From contig CBDHHC010000004.1 in the NCBI GenBank assembly GCA_965263345.1, positions 339,777-403,776 of the forward strand: a stretch of DNA of 64,000 bases, in the 5' to 3' direction. The position numbers were made by a program, and so were the translations under genes. The number at the start of each line of letters is the position of its first letter. Position 1 is the stretch's first letter. A model generated the notes under the pieces. The model was not told the DNA's origin, made no database searches, and saw nothing but the letters and a program-made list of their open reading frames with translations. This stretch comes from Methyloligellaceae bacterium. GTDB lineage: Bacteria > Pseudomonadota > Alphaproteobacteria > Rhizobiales > CBDHHC01. This document shows positions 16,233-27,122 of the stretch, one piece after another.

Positions 16233-17882
16233 TCACTCTGATTTTTTTGTTATGGAAAATAAGGTTCCACCTGCTCCTGCGATAAAGATTTTATTGTTAT
16301 TAAATACTGGCTTTGTGAGAAGTCGCTCGGATACTTTTATCCGCGAGCAAATTTCAAGTGTCTCATTTGCTATTCCGTTTAATGTTCCATCATTCCCACC
16401 AAACCAAATGACACCATTATGAGATGCTGGAGTACCGTATAATCTACCATTAGTTTTGTGTGTCTTCACGAGACAACCATTAGAGCTCTTCAATATATGG
16501 ATATGTTTATCTAATGAGGGACAAAATATGTGATCCTGGTATTTGTGAGGTGTTGTATAGATCGGGGCTTGTGTTTGGTAACTCCAGTTTTTTTTACCAT
16601 TATGTATATTTAGTGCGTAAATACATCCATCAAAGGACCCAAAAATTATCTGGTCATTTTCTTCATCAAAAATCAAAGATGCTTTTACTTCACCACCTGC
16701 ATCGAAAGACCATAGTTTCTCGCCTGTTTGAGCGTTACAGTAAATTACCGTTCGATCATTGGTTCCAACAGCTACGGTTTTATATTTAGGAATGTATATT
16801 GGACTTCCATGTAAAAATTGCTTTAATGGTTGCCACCAGATTTGTTTTCCTGTTTCTAAAGATAAAGCAATTAATGCTCCTTTTTGATTTGGGACAGCAT
16901 ATTCCGCCCCGATAAACACAAGCCCTAAATCTTCAGCAATCGCCGGTGAAGATCCAATGAAGTCTGAATCAAAATTTTCCCATAACAATGATCCGTCATC
17001 CATATTAACAGCGTAAACAGATCCTGTATAAGCACCAAAGATGATTTTATCCTGAACTTTGGCTGGACTTGAAAGAATACCTTTTGGGAGTCTTGGGGTT
17101 GTAAATTTCCAGATAAGTTTTTTGGTTTCCTGCTCTAAACAATAAAAGCATGAGTCGCTTGATCCAAAATATATTCGGTCTTTATAAAGTAATGGATTAG
17201 ACCTGGGAACATTAAATGTATAATTAGGTTTCTCAGGAACAAAAACCCAGTTCATAGAAAGATCATTTTTTATTTCAGGTAGAGTGGGAGCTAAAGAAAT
17301 AGTCTCAAAATCATCTAAGGAAAAAAGATGTCTCATGTGGATTGACTTAAAATCTTCCTCAACACATCTGCCGAAATTCACTATAGAAAATAGTTTATCG
17401 ATCTTTCGTCCATAAGAGGCCAGAACCGCATATACTTTTTTTATTGTTGTCCCACTATTTAATATATCATCAACAATAATGATTGGCTCATCTGTGAGAT
17501 TTCCTTCATATAGCCGACATCTGCCTGTGTCCTTACGTTCTTTGCGGACTATGAAACCATTAATTTTATGACCACGCTTTAAAGCTTCTAACTGTATTGC
17601 GCTGACCATAGGTGTGGCAGAGAATTCTATGCCCCCGACCTGAAATGGCAACTCCCCTTCATAAATCTCCCAAAAGATATTTGCGAAAATTTGTAATCCA
17701 ACTGGGTTGAGCAAAACCTGTCTAATATCAAACAACCACTTTGCTTCCCTCCCGTTTCTTTTGACTATTAATTCATTTGACGTTTCTGCAATCAAAAGAG
17801 CTTGTTCGGAAATCATTTTATGTAAGGTTGCTTTCCAATCATGGGCAGCATTTGATGTTTTTCTGAGTTCTTGAATGGCCAT
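16233..17882 (-). CDS. Orotate-phosphoribosyltransferase-like domain fused to a PQQ-type beta-propeller
   Basis: FIVRKERKDTG loop and IIIVDDILNSGTT PRPP motif; repeated SSP...G..YA....G..LW blades. Confidence 0.85.
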   Translation of the reverse strand: MAIQELRKTSNAAHDWKATLHKMISEQALLIAETSNELIVKRNGREAKWLFDIRQVLLNPVGLQIFANIFWEIYEGELPFQVGGIEFSATPMVSAIQLEALKRGHKINGFIVRKERKDTGRCRLYEGNLTDEPIIIVDDILNSGTTIKKVYAVLASYGRKIDKLFSIVNFGRCVEEDFKSIHMRHLFSLDDFETISLAPTLPEIKNDLSMNWVFVPEKPNYTFNVPRSNPLLYKDRIYFGSSDSCFYCLEQETKKLIWKFTTPRLPKGILSSPAKVQDKIIFGAYTGSVYAVNMDDGSLLWENFDSDFIGSSPAIAEDLGLVFIGAEYAVPNQKGALIALSLETGKQIWWQPLKQFLHGSPIYIPKYKTVAVGTNDRTVIYCNAQTGEKLWSFDAGGEVKASLIFDEENDQIIFGSFDGCIYALNIHNGKKNWSYQTQAPIYTTPHKYQDHIFCPSLDKHIHILKSSNGCLVKTHKTNGRLYGTPASHNGVIWFGGNDGTLNGIANETLEICSRIKVSERLLTKPVFNNNKIFIAGAGGTLFSITKKSE

Positions 17883-18068
17883 TTTTAATTGTTACTTATT
17901 TGACTTTTATTTTTAAGAAACCTTGATATGGGGGTGTCTTATTATAAAAAAATGACCCAATAATGTAACCTTCAGATTTTTAAGGCGATGCGAAATAAAA
18001 AAGGAGACCTGATATTACAGATCCCCTTGAGAACATTATTATTATTTTATTTTTGTTATTATGAATGC

Positions 18069-18716
18069 TTAGAAGTGTACAGAGAAGCCTGTACGAATTG
18101 TTGTGATATCTGTATCAATATCAACATTAAAAGGAGCTGTACCTAGTACATCTTCATTCTCAAATCTGTAATGAAGCAATTCACCTTTCAGGCTATATCT
18201 TGCTCCAAACTTTAATTCTGCACCTGCACCAATAACATATCCTGTATCATCAAGATCAAGATTGATTATTGTATCAGTATCTTTCCAGGCCACACCAGCT
18301 GTTGCAAATAGAAGAAGATCGTTAATTGCGTAACCCAGACGACCACGGACACTGCCAAGACTATCAATGCTTGCTACTTCAACATTTAAAACATCATAAT
18401 CTGTGCCTATCCAAGTAAAGTCACCTTCGATACCATATACGATGTTATTTCTTTGCCAATTGTATCCAACATGAATACCAGCAGCAAAAGAATCATCATC
18501 AAGCGATACCAAATCTATGCCAACTAGTGATACTTCTGACTCAGCAATTGATAACCCAAAATGGCCCCCAACATAGAAACCTTGCCAAATTTTAGGCTTA
18601 TAAGCTTCTTCAAAGCTGCCGCCAGCATTTGCTGAAAGTGATGAAAAGATCAATGTTGAAGATAATACAACGATTGAGAATATTCTTACGAAAGTTGCTC
18701 TCATTTTACCACACAC
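18069..18716 (-). CDS. Omp25/RopB-family outer-membrane beta-barrel protein
   Basis: WQGFYVG, GYNWQ, VYGIEGD and SVRGRLGYA motifs; terminal Phe; signal peptide. Confidence 0.88.
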   Translation of the reverse strand: MCGKMRATFVRIFSIVVLSSTLIFSSLSANAGGSFEEAYKPKIWQGFYVGGHFGLSIAESEVSLVGIDLVSLDDDSFAAGIHVGYNWQRNNIVYGIEGDFTWIGTDYDVLNVEVASIDSLGSVRGRLGYAINDLLLFATAGVAWKDTDTIINLDLDDTGYVIGAGAELKFGARYSLKGELLHYRFENEDVLGTAPFNVDIDTDITTIRTGFSVHF

Positions 18717-19050
18717 CCTAATTAATATTTCACTTTAATTCTGGGTAGGAACCTACGAGAAACTATGACATTCTTTCCCCACGCTATGAATCTAGGGTTA
18801 TGTTATTCGCCTCATTTTGGTCAATTTTTTTATTGTTAATTCATTATGTTAAATAAATTTGCTAATTTTTTAGTTTAATCTTAAATAGTATATACAATTC
18901 AATAGATTACAAGATCTCCCCATTGCAAAATTCACTAAATGTGACTGATGCAATATTGCAACAAGGCGCAATATTTTATGGTATATTTATCACTTAAAGT
19001 GATTTACCAGTATAAAACAGGATAAGATCTTTTGTTATGGGTGGGGCTTG

Positions 19051-19881
19051 CTAAAAGGAAGATTGATTGAATAAGCGATGCTTTAAGTGATCCAATTCGA
19101 AAAAGATATAAGGGTCAAAATGCTCGGCTCTGTGTTCAAATCCTTTGTAGCCTCTGCAATTTGTAAAAAGTTGGCATGTCCCAACATTGAAGCTTTTTTT
19201 CTGATGGGTATGGCCAAACACCCAATGTGTGATATTTTGATTTGCTTTAATCAAAGTTGATAGATCTGAAGCGTATGCCCCTTCTCTGCCATTATTACTT
19301 GCAAATGGCGAGAGACCTTCAAAACTTGGCGCATGATGTGTTAGTATAATGATTGGATATTGGCGATATTGTTCAGCCGTATATTTCAATGCCTCAACAG
19401 CTAAATTATGATCTTGTAAAACTAGTTCTGGTGTTAAAAACCTCGAACCAACCCTCACATATTTATATTCAGGCATTTTTGCAGATGCATTTTGGACCTG
19501 GCTAGGATTCTCAGACACAAAATTTGACCACAAGGTAGCGCCAAAAAAGATTATATCGTTTATCTTGATATGCTGCTTCTCAAGTAAATGTACATTTTTA
19601 GGCAAAAGATTTTTTAGAAAGTCTTCTGTATGGAAAAAATCAAAGTCAATGTGCTCGTGATTTCCCATGCAATATATAACATGATCAAAACGTTCTGAAA
19701 CATGATCGAAAAACCATAAGATACGATCACGTGCCTTACATTTTTCGCTATCCCCCTCCCATTGTACAAGCTCAGAGGCAACGCAAATATCGCCTGCTAA
19801 TAATAGTATATCCCCATGCGGCATATCACACTCAAGTTCTGACTTTTCTAAATGTAAATCTGAGCAATAATAAATACGCAT
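19051..19881 (-). CDS. Calcineurin-like metallophosphoesterase
   Basis: SDLH, AGDI, GNHE, THHAP and FGHTH motifs. Confidence 0.9.
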   Translation of the reverse strand: MRIYYCSDLHLEKSELECDMPHGDILLLAGDICVASELVQWEGDSEKCKARDRILWFFDHVSERFDHVIYCMGNHEHIDFDFFHTEDFLKNLLPKNVHLLEKQHIKINDIIFFGATLWSNFVSENPSQVQNASAKMPEYKYVRVGSRFLTPELVLQDHNLAVEALKYTAEQYRQYPIIILTHHAPSFEGLSPFASNNGREGAYASDLSTLIKANQNITHWVFGHTHQKKSFNVGTCQLFTNCRGYKGFEHRAEHFDPYIFFELDHLKHRLFNQSSF

Positions 19882-20041
19882 AGCAATATATTTTCCGATA
19901 AGTGATGGTTTTAATATCCTTAATTTTACATAAAATTGGTAATATTTACTAAATAAGAAATATTAATTTCACCATATTTTTGCGCATGAATGATTATTAT
20001 AGAAAATTTCAAAACTAAAACTTATAAACAGAATAAAACAC

Positions 20042-20881
20042 ATGACAGACATACAAAACAGTATACAGATATATGATCCTGAATGCCGTCATGCAATCGA
20101 GCTCATCGATTCAGGATCTGTTAAAGAACTGATAGAATACCTTAAGCAAAAACCTCATCTTCTGTCACAAAAGATTGAAACTTCTTATGGTGATGGTTAT
20201 TTTCAGTCACCTCATTTACTTTGGTTTACAGCTGAAAACCCCATACGCAATGCTTCATTACCAGACAATATTGTTGATGTGATTGAGGCTATAATTGTTT
20301 TAGGTAAATATTATAATGTCGAAGGTTTTGATGAACATATAAATTATACACTTGGTCTTGTTTCTTCTGGATGTATAGCCCGTGAAGACGGTCACCAAAG
20401 TGCTATGATTAAATCATTTGTTGATCATGGTGCTGACCCAAATCAATCCATCAGGACATGTTTAGCACATAGAGAGATCCAAGCTGCCAAGACCTTACTT
20501 GACTGTGGTGCTCGTTTAACATTGTTGTTAGCTTCTGGGTTAGGGTATGATAAAGATGTTGCTCACTTGATTGATCATGCATCAAAAATTGAAAAGCAGG
20601 ATGCTCTTGCTGCGGCAGCGATTAATTGCCACCCAAAATGTATTGATATTTTATTGAAGAATGGTGCCAACCCTAACCTTTTTCATCCAGAAGGCCTTCA
20701 TAAACACACAACACCTTTACACCAAGCAATCTTTTATGGGTGCCTTGATAGTGTGCGCCTTCTTGTGGCTGCTGGTGCTGATATCCATATTAAAGATACG
20801 CTGTTTGATGGAAATGCTATAGGTTGGGCCAATCATGCCCAGCATGAGCATGTTATAAAATTTTTATCTGAGCAAAACTAA
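20042..20881 (+). CDS. Ankyrin-repeat protein
   Basis: TPLHQA...G.LD.VRLLV.AGADI and LL.NGANPN repeats. Confidence 0.85.
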   Translation: MTDIQNSIQIYDPECRHAIELIDSGSVKELIEYLKQKPHLLSQKIETSYGDGYFQSPHLLWFTAENPIRNASLPDNIVDVIEAIIVLGKYYNVEGFDEHINYTLGLVSSGCIAREDGHQSAMIKSFVDHGADPNQSIRTCLAHREIQAAKTLLDCGARLTLLLASGLGYDKDVAHLIDHASKIEKQDALAAAAINCHPKCIDILLKNGANPNLFHPEGLHKHTTPLHQAIFYGCLDSVRLLVAAGADIHIKDTLFDGNAIGWANHAQHEHVIKFLSEQN

Positions 20882-22225
20882 TCAGGCTTCTTCTGACATT
20901 TTTCCATCGATTTTTTCTTCACGTATATCCTGCAAAGCCCTGTAGGGAAGTCCAGTGCTTACTTGTCCTGATTTTTCATTTTCAGTACGCTTTTTAAACT
21001 GAACGGTTCTTATAAACTCTCTAATACGTGGCTGAATTTCAGTTCTCCAGCGAGTACCATTAAAAACACCATAGTGCCCAACACCTGGTTGAACATAATG
21101 ATATTTATCCTGGGCGGGAATATTTGAACAAAGATGTTGAGCCGCTTTTGTTTGCCCTAACCCACAAATATCATCTTTTTCACCTTCAATTGTCATAAGG
21201 GCTGTATTTTCAATCAGAGAACAATCTACAAGCTCTCCTTTGTGGGTCATTGTTCCTTCAGGAAGAGCATAATCTTGAAATACAGTTTTGACAGTCTGTA
21301 AATAAAATTCTGCGGTTAGATCCATTACTGCAAGATATTCTTCATAAAAATCTTTATGTTTTTGGACTGAGTCACAATCCCCTTCTACCAAGTGATCGAA
21401 TAATTTCCGATGTGCTGTCATGTGACGATTAAGGTTCATTGTCATAAACCCGCTCAATTGCACAAAACCAGGATATACACGACGCATAAATCCAGGGTTT
21501 GGAAATGCAACATTAAAGATTACCTGACGCTCGAACCATTCTATTGGATGTTTTTCTGCAAGTTTATTGACTTCCGTTGGGTTCTGTCTTGTATCAACAG
21601 GTCCACCCATAAGGGTTAAAGATGCGGGTTGGCATGCGCTTTTATTTGCTGCCATTACAGCTGTTGCGGCTAAAGCAGGGACTGTTGGTTGACAAACCGC
21701 AATAACATGGGTATTTGGCCCTAAATACTCTATAAATTCGATGATATAATCAATAAAATCATCAAGGTCGAATTTTCCCATGTATGTTGGAACAGTCCTC
21801 GCGTCAACCCAATCAGTGATATATAAATTATGTTCCGGTAGCATTGCCTCAACAGTCCCACGCAAAAGAGTTGCGTAGTGACCAGACATAGGAGCTATCA
21901 TTAAGACTTTAGGATCGTAACGTTTACCTGCGATTTGTTCATCTCGATCAAAGTGTACCAGATTGCAAAATGTCTTTTTGAAAACTATTTCTTCTGTAAC
22001 AGGAACTGTTTGACCAAATATTTTTGTATTTTTTATTCCCCAGTCTGGTTTGCCATAACGGCGTGTCAAGCCCTCGAAGACCTCACAGGCTGCCTTAATT
22101 TGTTTACCTGCTTCACTTTGAGCAAATGGGTTAAAGGGAACTTCCAGCTGTGATTTTAGGAGCTTAGCTCCAAATCTGAATGGACTTAAAGCTGTATGGG
22201 CTAATTCATAAGCATAATAGTTCAT
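20882..22225 (-). CDS. phaZ: Intracellular polyhydroxybutyrate depolymerase
   Basis: APMSGHYATLLRGTV, AVCQP, GGPVD, EGEKDDI and GHYGVF motifs. Confidence 0.93.
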   Translation of the reverse strand: MNYYAYELAHTALSPFRFGAKLLKSQLEVPFNPFAQSEAGKQIKAACEVFEGLTRRYGKPDWGIKNTKIFGQTVPVTEEIVFKKTFCNLVHFDRDEQIAGKRYDPKVLMIAPMSGHYATLLRGTVEAMLPEHNLYITDWVDARTVPTYMGKFDLDDFIDYIIEFIEYLGPNTHVIAVCQPTVPALAATAVMAANKSACQPASLTLMGGPVDTRQNPTEVNKLAEKHPIEWFERQVIFNVAFPNPGFMRRVYPGFVQLSGFMTMNLNRHMTAHRKLFDHLVEGDCDSVQKHKDFYEEYLAVMDLTAEFYLQTVKTVFQDYALPEGTMTHKGELVDCSLIENTALMTIEGEKDDICGLGQTKAAQHLCSNIPAQDKYHYVQPGVGHYGVFNGTRWRTEIQPRIREFIRTVQFKKRTENEKSGQVSTGLPYRALQDIREEKIDGKMSEEA

Positions 22226-22272
22226 ATGCTCTCCTAATCACAGTGTTTTATGTTATTTAAGGTCAAATCTTA

Positions 22273-22283
22273 CTGCGCTGCAG
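22273..22283. promoter_or_regulatory. PhaR-type binding site upstream of phaZ
   Basis: CTGC-GCT-GCAG (CTGC-N3-GCAG) 48 nt upstream of the phaZ start. Confidence 0.6.
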
Positions 22284-22376
22284 CAAATTATGCCCAAACC
22301 ATAAATAAAAAGCAAGTATCACTTCGTATACAAGCTTAATTCTTGATTGAAATGATGCTTGTGATAGCACTGAATT

Positions 22377-23849
22377 TTATTCGTTATTTATCAAACCATC
22401 AGAGCCTACATAGGCGATACGCAACATATTTGTTGCCCCTGGCGTTCCCAATGGGACCCCTGCTGAAATGATTACACGATCACCAGAATTTGCAAATTTC
22501 TCTTTAAATGCAAGTTTACATGCTTTTGTAACCATATCATCTAAATCTTCTGGTTCTCCAGTTGTTACCACACAATGTATTCCCCAGACTATTGCTAAAC
22601 GACGTGCCGTTTTGACGACAGGTGTAACAGCCAGAATTGGTTGATTTGGCCTCTCTCTAGAGGCCCTTAATCCGGTTGATCCCGAAGATGTGTAACAAAT
22701 AAAAGCAGAAAGATTTAATGTTTCAGCTATTGTCCGTGCTGCAGCACTAATTGCGTCCGCACTTGTTGGTTGAGGTTTGTTTCTTTGAGCATGCAAAATA
22801 TCATTATAATATTCAGCTTTCTCAGTTTCAATTGCGATCTGATTCATTGTCGTAACAGCTTCTACAGGAAACTGACCAGCAGCGGACTCTGCAGAAAGCA
22901 TAACTGCATCTGCCCCTTCAAATACTGCTGTGGCAACATCAGAAACTTCTGCGCGTGTCGGGACAGGGGCTGATATCATAGATTCCAGCATTTGTGTTGC
23001 AACAACAACAGGTTTCCCTGCCTTGCGGCATGCCCTGGTCATACGCTTTTGTAGTGATGGTACTTGTTCTAATGGCATTTCAACGCCCAAATCACCACGT
23101 GCGACCATAAGGCCATCAGCAATTTCCAGAATCTCATCTAGATGCTCAATGGCAGATGGTTTTTCCATCTTTGCCATAATTGCAGCTCGACCTGCTGCAA
23201 CTTTTTTGGCTTCTGCAACATCATCAGGTCTCTGAACAAATGAGAGAGCAATCCAATCTACACCAAGACTAAGAACATAATCTAAATCTTTGCGATCTTT
23301 CTCTGTCATCGCACTAAAGCCGAGTAATGTGTCAGGAAGGCTTATTCCCTTGCGACTTGACAATGTTCCATTGACCATAACTTCAGCTGTAATTTTATCA
23401 GGCTCGGCTGAAATTACCTGCATGCGTTGTTTACCATCATCCAGAAGAAGCATATGACCTGGTTTTACAGACTCAAAAATTTCTTTGTGAGATAGGAAAA
23501 CACGTTTTTCATCGCCAGGCGTTTCGTCTTTATCAAAGATAAATGACTGCCCTTTTGTTAAGTTAACTTTTTCATTTGCAAATTTGCCAACTCTCAATTT
23601 TGGTCCCTGCAAATCTGCTAATATGCCTATTGGACGTCCAACAATTTCCTCTGTCCGGCGTATTGTTGCATGGAGTTCTTTTGCAACTTCATGAGCCGCA
23701 TGGCTCATATTAATGCGAAAGACATCTACACCTGCTTCGAAAAGCTGTTGAATTTTTTCGGGTGTATTTGAAGAAGGTCCCAGCGTTGCCAGAATTTTAA
23801 CTTTTCTATCACGTTTCATGTGTTTATCTGCTCTTATCTGCTTCTTCAC
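22377..23849 (-). CDS. pyk: Pyruvate kinase
   Basis: KILATLGP, DLQGPKLR, MVARGDLGVE, ATQMLESM and PTRAE motifs. Likely start is the second Met (MKRDRK). Confidence 0.97.
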   Translation of the reverse strand: MKKQIRADKHMKRDRKVKILATLGPSSNTPEKIQQLFEAGVDVFRINMSHAAHEVAKELHATIRRTEEIVGRPIGILADLQGPKLRVGKFANEKVNLTKGQSFIFDKDETPGDEKRVFLSHKEIFESVKPGHMLLLDDGKQRMQVISAEPDKITAEVMVNGTLSSRKGISLPDTLLGFSAMTEKDRKDLDYVLSLGVDWIALSFVQRPDDVAEAKKVAAGRAAIMAKMEKPSAIEHLDEILEIADGLMVARGDLGVEMPLEQVPSLQKRMTRACRKAGKPVVVATQMLESMISAPVPTRAEVSDVATAVFEGADAVMLSAESAAGQFPVEAVTTMNQIAIETEKAEYYNDILHAQRNKPQPTSADAISAAARTIAETLNLSAFICYTSSGSTGLRASRERPNQPILAVTPVVKTARRLAIVWGIHCVVTTGEPEDLDDMVTKACKLAFKEKFANSGDRVIISAGVPLGTPGATNMLRIAYVGSDGLINNE

Positions 23850-24306
23850 TCGGATCTCTTAGCCTTACGGTCCAGTCTTTTTCTTCTCCCGTATCAACCT
23901 CAAAAAACCCAGTGCGCTTATATCCTCTAGTTGTGCATTCTGAAACACCACGAATTGTAAACTCTTTATCTATCAAACACATGAAAGAGTTGCCGCCCCA
24001 TTCTCCACCGCGATCATAATCAACAGCATGGATGTAATAAAAGCGTGCGTTTAAATTGCCTTTCAGGAGAGTTTCACAGGTGTTTGAAGGTATATTCCAC
24101 CAGCCTTCAGAGGCCCAACCCTTTGAATCTTTGTAGCCTATTGCTATTCCAACCCGGCTTTTGGTTGTATTGCATAACTTTAAATCTGCTTTTGCGGCAT
24201 TATGTGGCAAACAAAACAGGAATAAGATTGTGCAATATTTTAAAATTCTCATATAAATCATCATGTCTCTTTTAACATTCTCAATCATTATGAACCCAAG
24301 TTCCAA
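23824..24306 (-). CDS. DUF1036-family exported protein
   Basis: LKLCN...VGIAIGY....W.SEGWW, RFYY and GFFEVDTG motifs; usual neighbour of pyk in rhizobia. Confidence 0.85.
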   Translation of the reverse strand: MELGFIMIENVKRDMMIYMRILKYCTILFLFCLPHNAAKADLKLCNTTKSRVGIAIGYKDSKGWASEGWWNIPSNTCETLLKGNLNARFYYIHAVDYDRGGEWGGNSFMCLIDKEFTIRGVSECTTRGYKRTGFFEVDTGEEKDWTVRLRDPSEEADKSR

Positions 24307-24450
24307 TCATCAAGCACTCTATTTCGTTATTGTTAAACTCATAACATGTGATGAATTTCCATTTATATATAGGAAGAGTCACATTAGACCATAGTCTAAT
24401 TCGTTATTTTTAACATTAAAAATAATTTACTGCGTTCTTTCGTCCATAAC

Positions 24451-25734
24451 TTATGGATTAATTAGAATTACACGGAAGTCATTGACATTTGTCTGTGTTG
24501 GCCCAAGAGTCACTAAATCCCCCAAATTTTCAAAAAAACCGCCAGAGTCATTGTTAGATAAATAGGATGCCGGGTCCATATGTTTTTCTTTTGCTTTAGT
24601 CAGAGTTTCTGGTGTTGTAATTGCACCAGCAGGATCTGCAGCAGCTCCACTTCCGCCATCTGTGCCATCTGTATCACCTGCGAGGGCATATATCCCATCT
24701 TTTCCTTCCAACTCAATAGCTAGAGCTAAAGCATATTCCTGATTTGGTCCGCCTTTTCCTGATCCATTAATTTTGACCGTTAATTCGCCTCCACTTAACA
24801 AAGCAACCCGCTTATCCTGTTGTTTTGCCTGCAAAGCTAATTTTGCGTGATTTTTCGCAACTAATTTTGCTTCTCCTTCAATGGAATCTCCAAGTATATT
24901 AACTTGATATCCTTTATTTATTAACTCTTTACTCACTTCATTTATTGAAATTTTTGGTGTTGCAATAAGATGATATTCGGAATTTCTAATTGTCTTATCA
25001 TCTGGAAACAAACTCTCATTTGTCTGTTTTAAAAATATTTCTCGTAGCTTATCTGAAACCTCAATATTGTACGTATTCAATATAGTTTCTGCCTCTATAC
25101 AAGTTGTTGGATCTCCAACTGTAGGACCAGAACCAATGCAGGCGATGTCATCATGTGGAACATCTGAGATCGCATAAGTTACCATTTTGGCTGGATAGGC
25201 CTGTGCTGCTAAGCGTCCGCCTTTGATTTCAGAGAGGTGTTTACGTACACAATTTATTTCTTCAATAGTTGCCCCACTTCGTAATAGATTTTTTGTAATT
25301 TCCTGTTTTTCACCTATTGTAATACCAGGGATGGGGGCTGACCAAAGAGCTGATGCACCTCCAGAGAGCAGAACTATAATTAAATCTTCCTTACCAGCAT
25401 TTTGAGCTATTTTAATTGCCTGCCGGGCTGCGATGATACTGTTTTCGTCAGGTATTGGATGTCCTGCTTCAATTATTGGAATGTATTTGGTTGGTAATTT
25501 GTAACCGTGCCTTGTAACACCCATCCCACTTAACAGGTTTTGTATTCCTAAATCTTCATAATGCTTCTCTAAGGCCTGTATCATTGCTGAGCACGCTTTA
25601 CCTGCTCCTAAGATAATTGTATTTTGGTTATAGTTTTGTTGAGATAAATGTTTAGGAAGACAGTAGCTTGGATGAGCTGCTTGAATTGCAATCTTAAAAA
25701 AATTTATTAATTCTTCTTTTTTAACATCAGACAT
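24451..25734 (-). CDS. Glycerate 2-kinase (TtuD/MOFRL family)
   Basis: GAGKA, LLSGGASAL, IKGGRLA, GGE..V, G.GGPNQE, DTDGTDG and TNVND motifs. Confidence 0.92.
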   Translation of the reverse strand: MSDVKKEELINFFKIAIQAAHPSYCLPKHLSQQNYNQNTIILGAGKACSAMIQALEKHYEDLGIQNLLSGMGVTRHGYKLPTKYIPIIEAGHPIPDENSIIAARQAIKIAQNAGKEDLIIVLLSGGASALWSAPIPGITIGEKQEITKNLLRSGATIEEINCVRKHLSEIKGGRLAAQAYPAKMVTYAISDVPHDDIACIGSGPTVGDPTTCIEAETILNTYNIEVSDKLREIFLKQTNESLFPDDKTIRNSEYHLIATPKISINEVSKELINKGYQVNILGDSIEGEAKLVAKNHAKLALQAKQQDKRVALLSGGELTVKINGSGKGGPNQEYALALAIELEGKDGIYALAGDTDGTDGGSGAAADPAGAITTPETLTKAKEKHMDPASYLSNNDSGGFFENLGDLVTLGPTQTNVNDFRVILINP

Positions 25735-25922
25735 AACTTTTGTATTTTAACACTTTTAATTTGATTTTGAAATTCTTAATTTATTTTTAACCATACCTAT
25801 ATGGTGACTATTCCATTGAATTGTAACTATATTTCATCACTTTGAAAAGATTTGTGAAAAATTAATTTTTCTCTACAAGTATTCTATAGAATTAAAAAAT
25901 ATATCTGATTATAGTCGCTAAT

Positions 25923-26759
25923 ATGGAAAATAATAAATCTAGTGGATGTGTATATTATGAAACATCCAATGAAAATCATTCGCAATCTTTTGAAGTCTTA
26001 GAAGGTCAATATGATACTGGACTCATTGTTTTGTGTGACCATGCTTCAAATATGATTGAAACTCATTACAATAATTTGGGCATTAAGTCAGAAGATCTTG
26101 AGCGACACATTGCATATGATATTGGCGTTGCAGGTGTTGCAAGATATCTGAATCGGCAGCTAAATTTTCCAACATTAATGACAAAGTTTTCAAGGCTTGT
26201 CATTGACCCCAATCGGGGGCTTGATGATCCTACATTAATCATGAAACTCTCTGATGGTGCAATTATTCCTGGTAATGCTTATATTACTGCCGAAGAAGCT
26301 ACAAAACGCGTAAATAAATATTATCTCCCATATCATCAAGAAATTGACAAACATATTGATCAATCGATTGCTTCTGGACATATCCCTGCGCTTTTCTCAA
26401 TTCACAGTTTTACAGAAAACTGGAAAGGTGTTCCGAGACCATGGCACATCTCTGTTTTATGGGATAAGGATCCAAGATTTGTAAAGCCGTTGTTAGATGC
26501 CCTTAGGCTAGAGACAGATATTGTTGTTGGAGAAAATGTACCATATTCAGGTGAAATGGAGGGCGATACAATGTATCAACATGCCAGTAATCGTGGCTTA
26601 GCTCATGCACTTATCGAGATTCGTCAAGATCTCATATCAACAGAAGCTGGCCAGAAAGAATGGGCTGATCGTCTTGCGCGAATTCTTAGTAAACTTATGG
26701 CAGATCAAAGTTTAATAGAGTCATTTCAAAAGATAGACTTCTCTGAGCAAGCCGCTTAA
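25923..26759 (+). CDS. N-formylglutamate amidohydrolase family protein
   Basis: CDHAS, HIAYDIG, SRLVIDPNR, SIHSFT and IEIRQDL motifs. Confidence 0.9.
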   Translation: MENNKSSGCVYYETSNENHSQSFEVLEGQYDTGLIVLCDHASNMIETHYNNLGIKSEDLERHIAYDIGVAGVARYLNRQLNFPTLMTKFSRLVIDPNRGLDDPTLIMKLSDGAIIPGNAYITAEEATKRVNKYYLPYHQEIDKHIDQSIASGHIPALFSIHSFTENWKGVPRPWHISVLWDKDPRFVKPLLDALRLETDIVVGENVPYSGEMEGDTMYQHASNRGLAHALIEIRQDLISTEAGQKEWADRLARILSKLMADQSLIESFQKIDFSEQAA

Positions 26760-26801
26760 TCTCATTATCAAACACTCTCATTTTAGTTAAGGAGACATGA
26801 G

Positions 26802-27062
26802 ATGCCCGAGATGGATATTGATGCAGATACAAGAGTTCAAATAGAAGCTGCTGTTTTTCGCAGGTTGGTTAAGCATTTACAAGAGAATACAGAGGTTCAA
26901 AATATTGATCTTATGAACCTTTCCGGCTTTTGTAGAAATTGTTTATCAAAATGGTACCAAGAAGCTGCCGAACCACATGGTCTGTCTTATGATAAAGCCT
27001 CTTCCAGGGAACTGATTTATGGAATGCCTTATGAAGACTGGAAAGAAAAATATCAAAAATAG
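26802..27062 (+). CDS. DUF1244-family protein
   Basis: EAAVFRRLV.HL, VQNIDLMNL.GFCRNCL and IYGMPY..WK motifs. Confidence 0.9.
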   Translation: MPEMDIDADTRVQIEAAVFRRLVKHLQENTEVQNIDLMNLSGFCRNCLSKWYQEAAEPHGLSYDKASSRELIYGMPYEDWKEKYQK

Positions 27063-27066
27063 GTAT

Positions 27067-27110
27067 TAACTCATACTGTTACAGAGAAATTCCAGTATGA
27101 GTTATATTTT
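27067..27110 (+). terminator. Intrinsic terminator
   Basis: TAACTCATACTG...CAGTATGAGTTA followed by TATTTTT, between convergent genes. Confidence 0.7.
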
Positions 27111-27122
27111 TCCACTTCACCT

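Noticed and set aside
22281-22298. sigma54 promoter for phaZ (TGGGCATAATTTGCT)
   Set aside because: GG-GC spacing is 9, not the required 10.
25776-25791. CtrA box TTAA-N7-TTAAC between glycerate kinase and amidohydrolase genes
   Set aside because: Lies in an almost pure A/T spacer where chance matches are likely; no supporting context.
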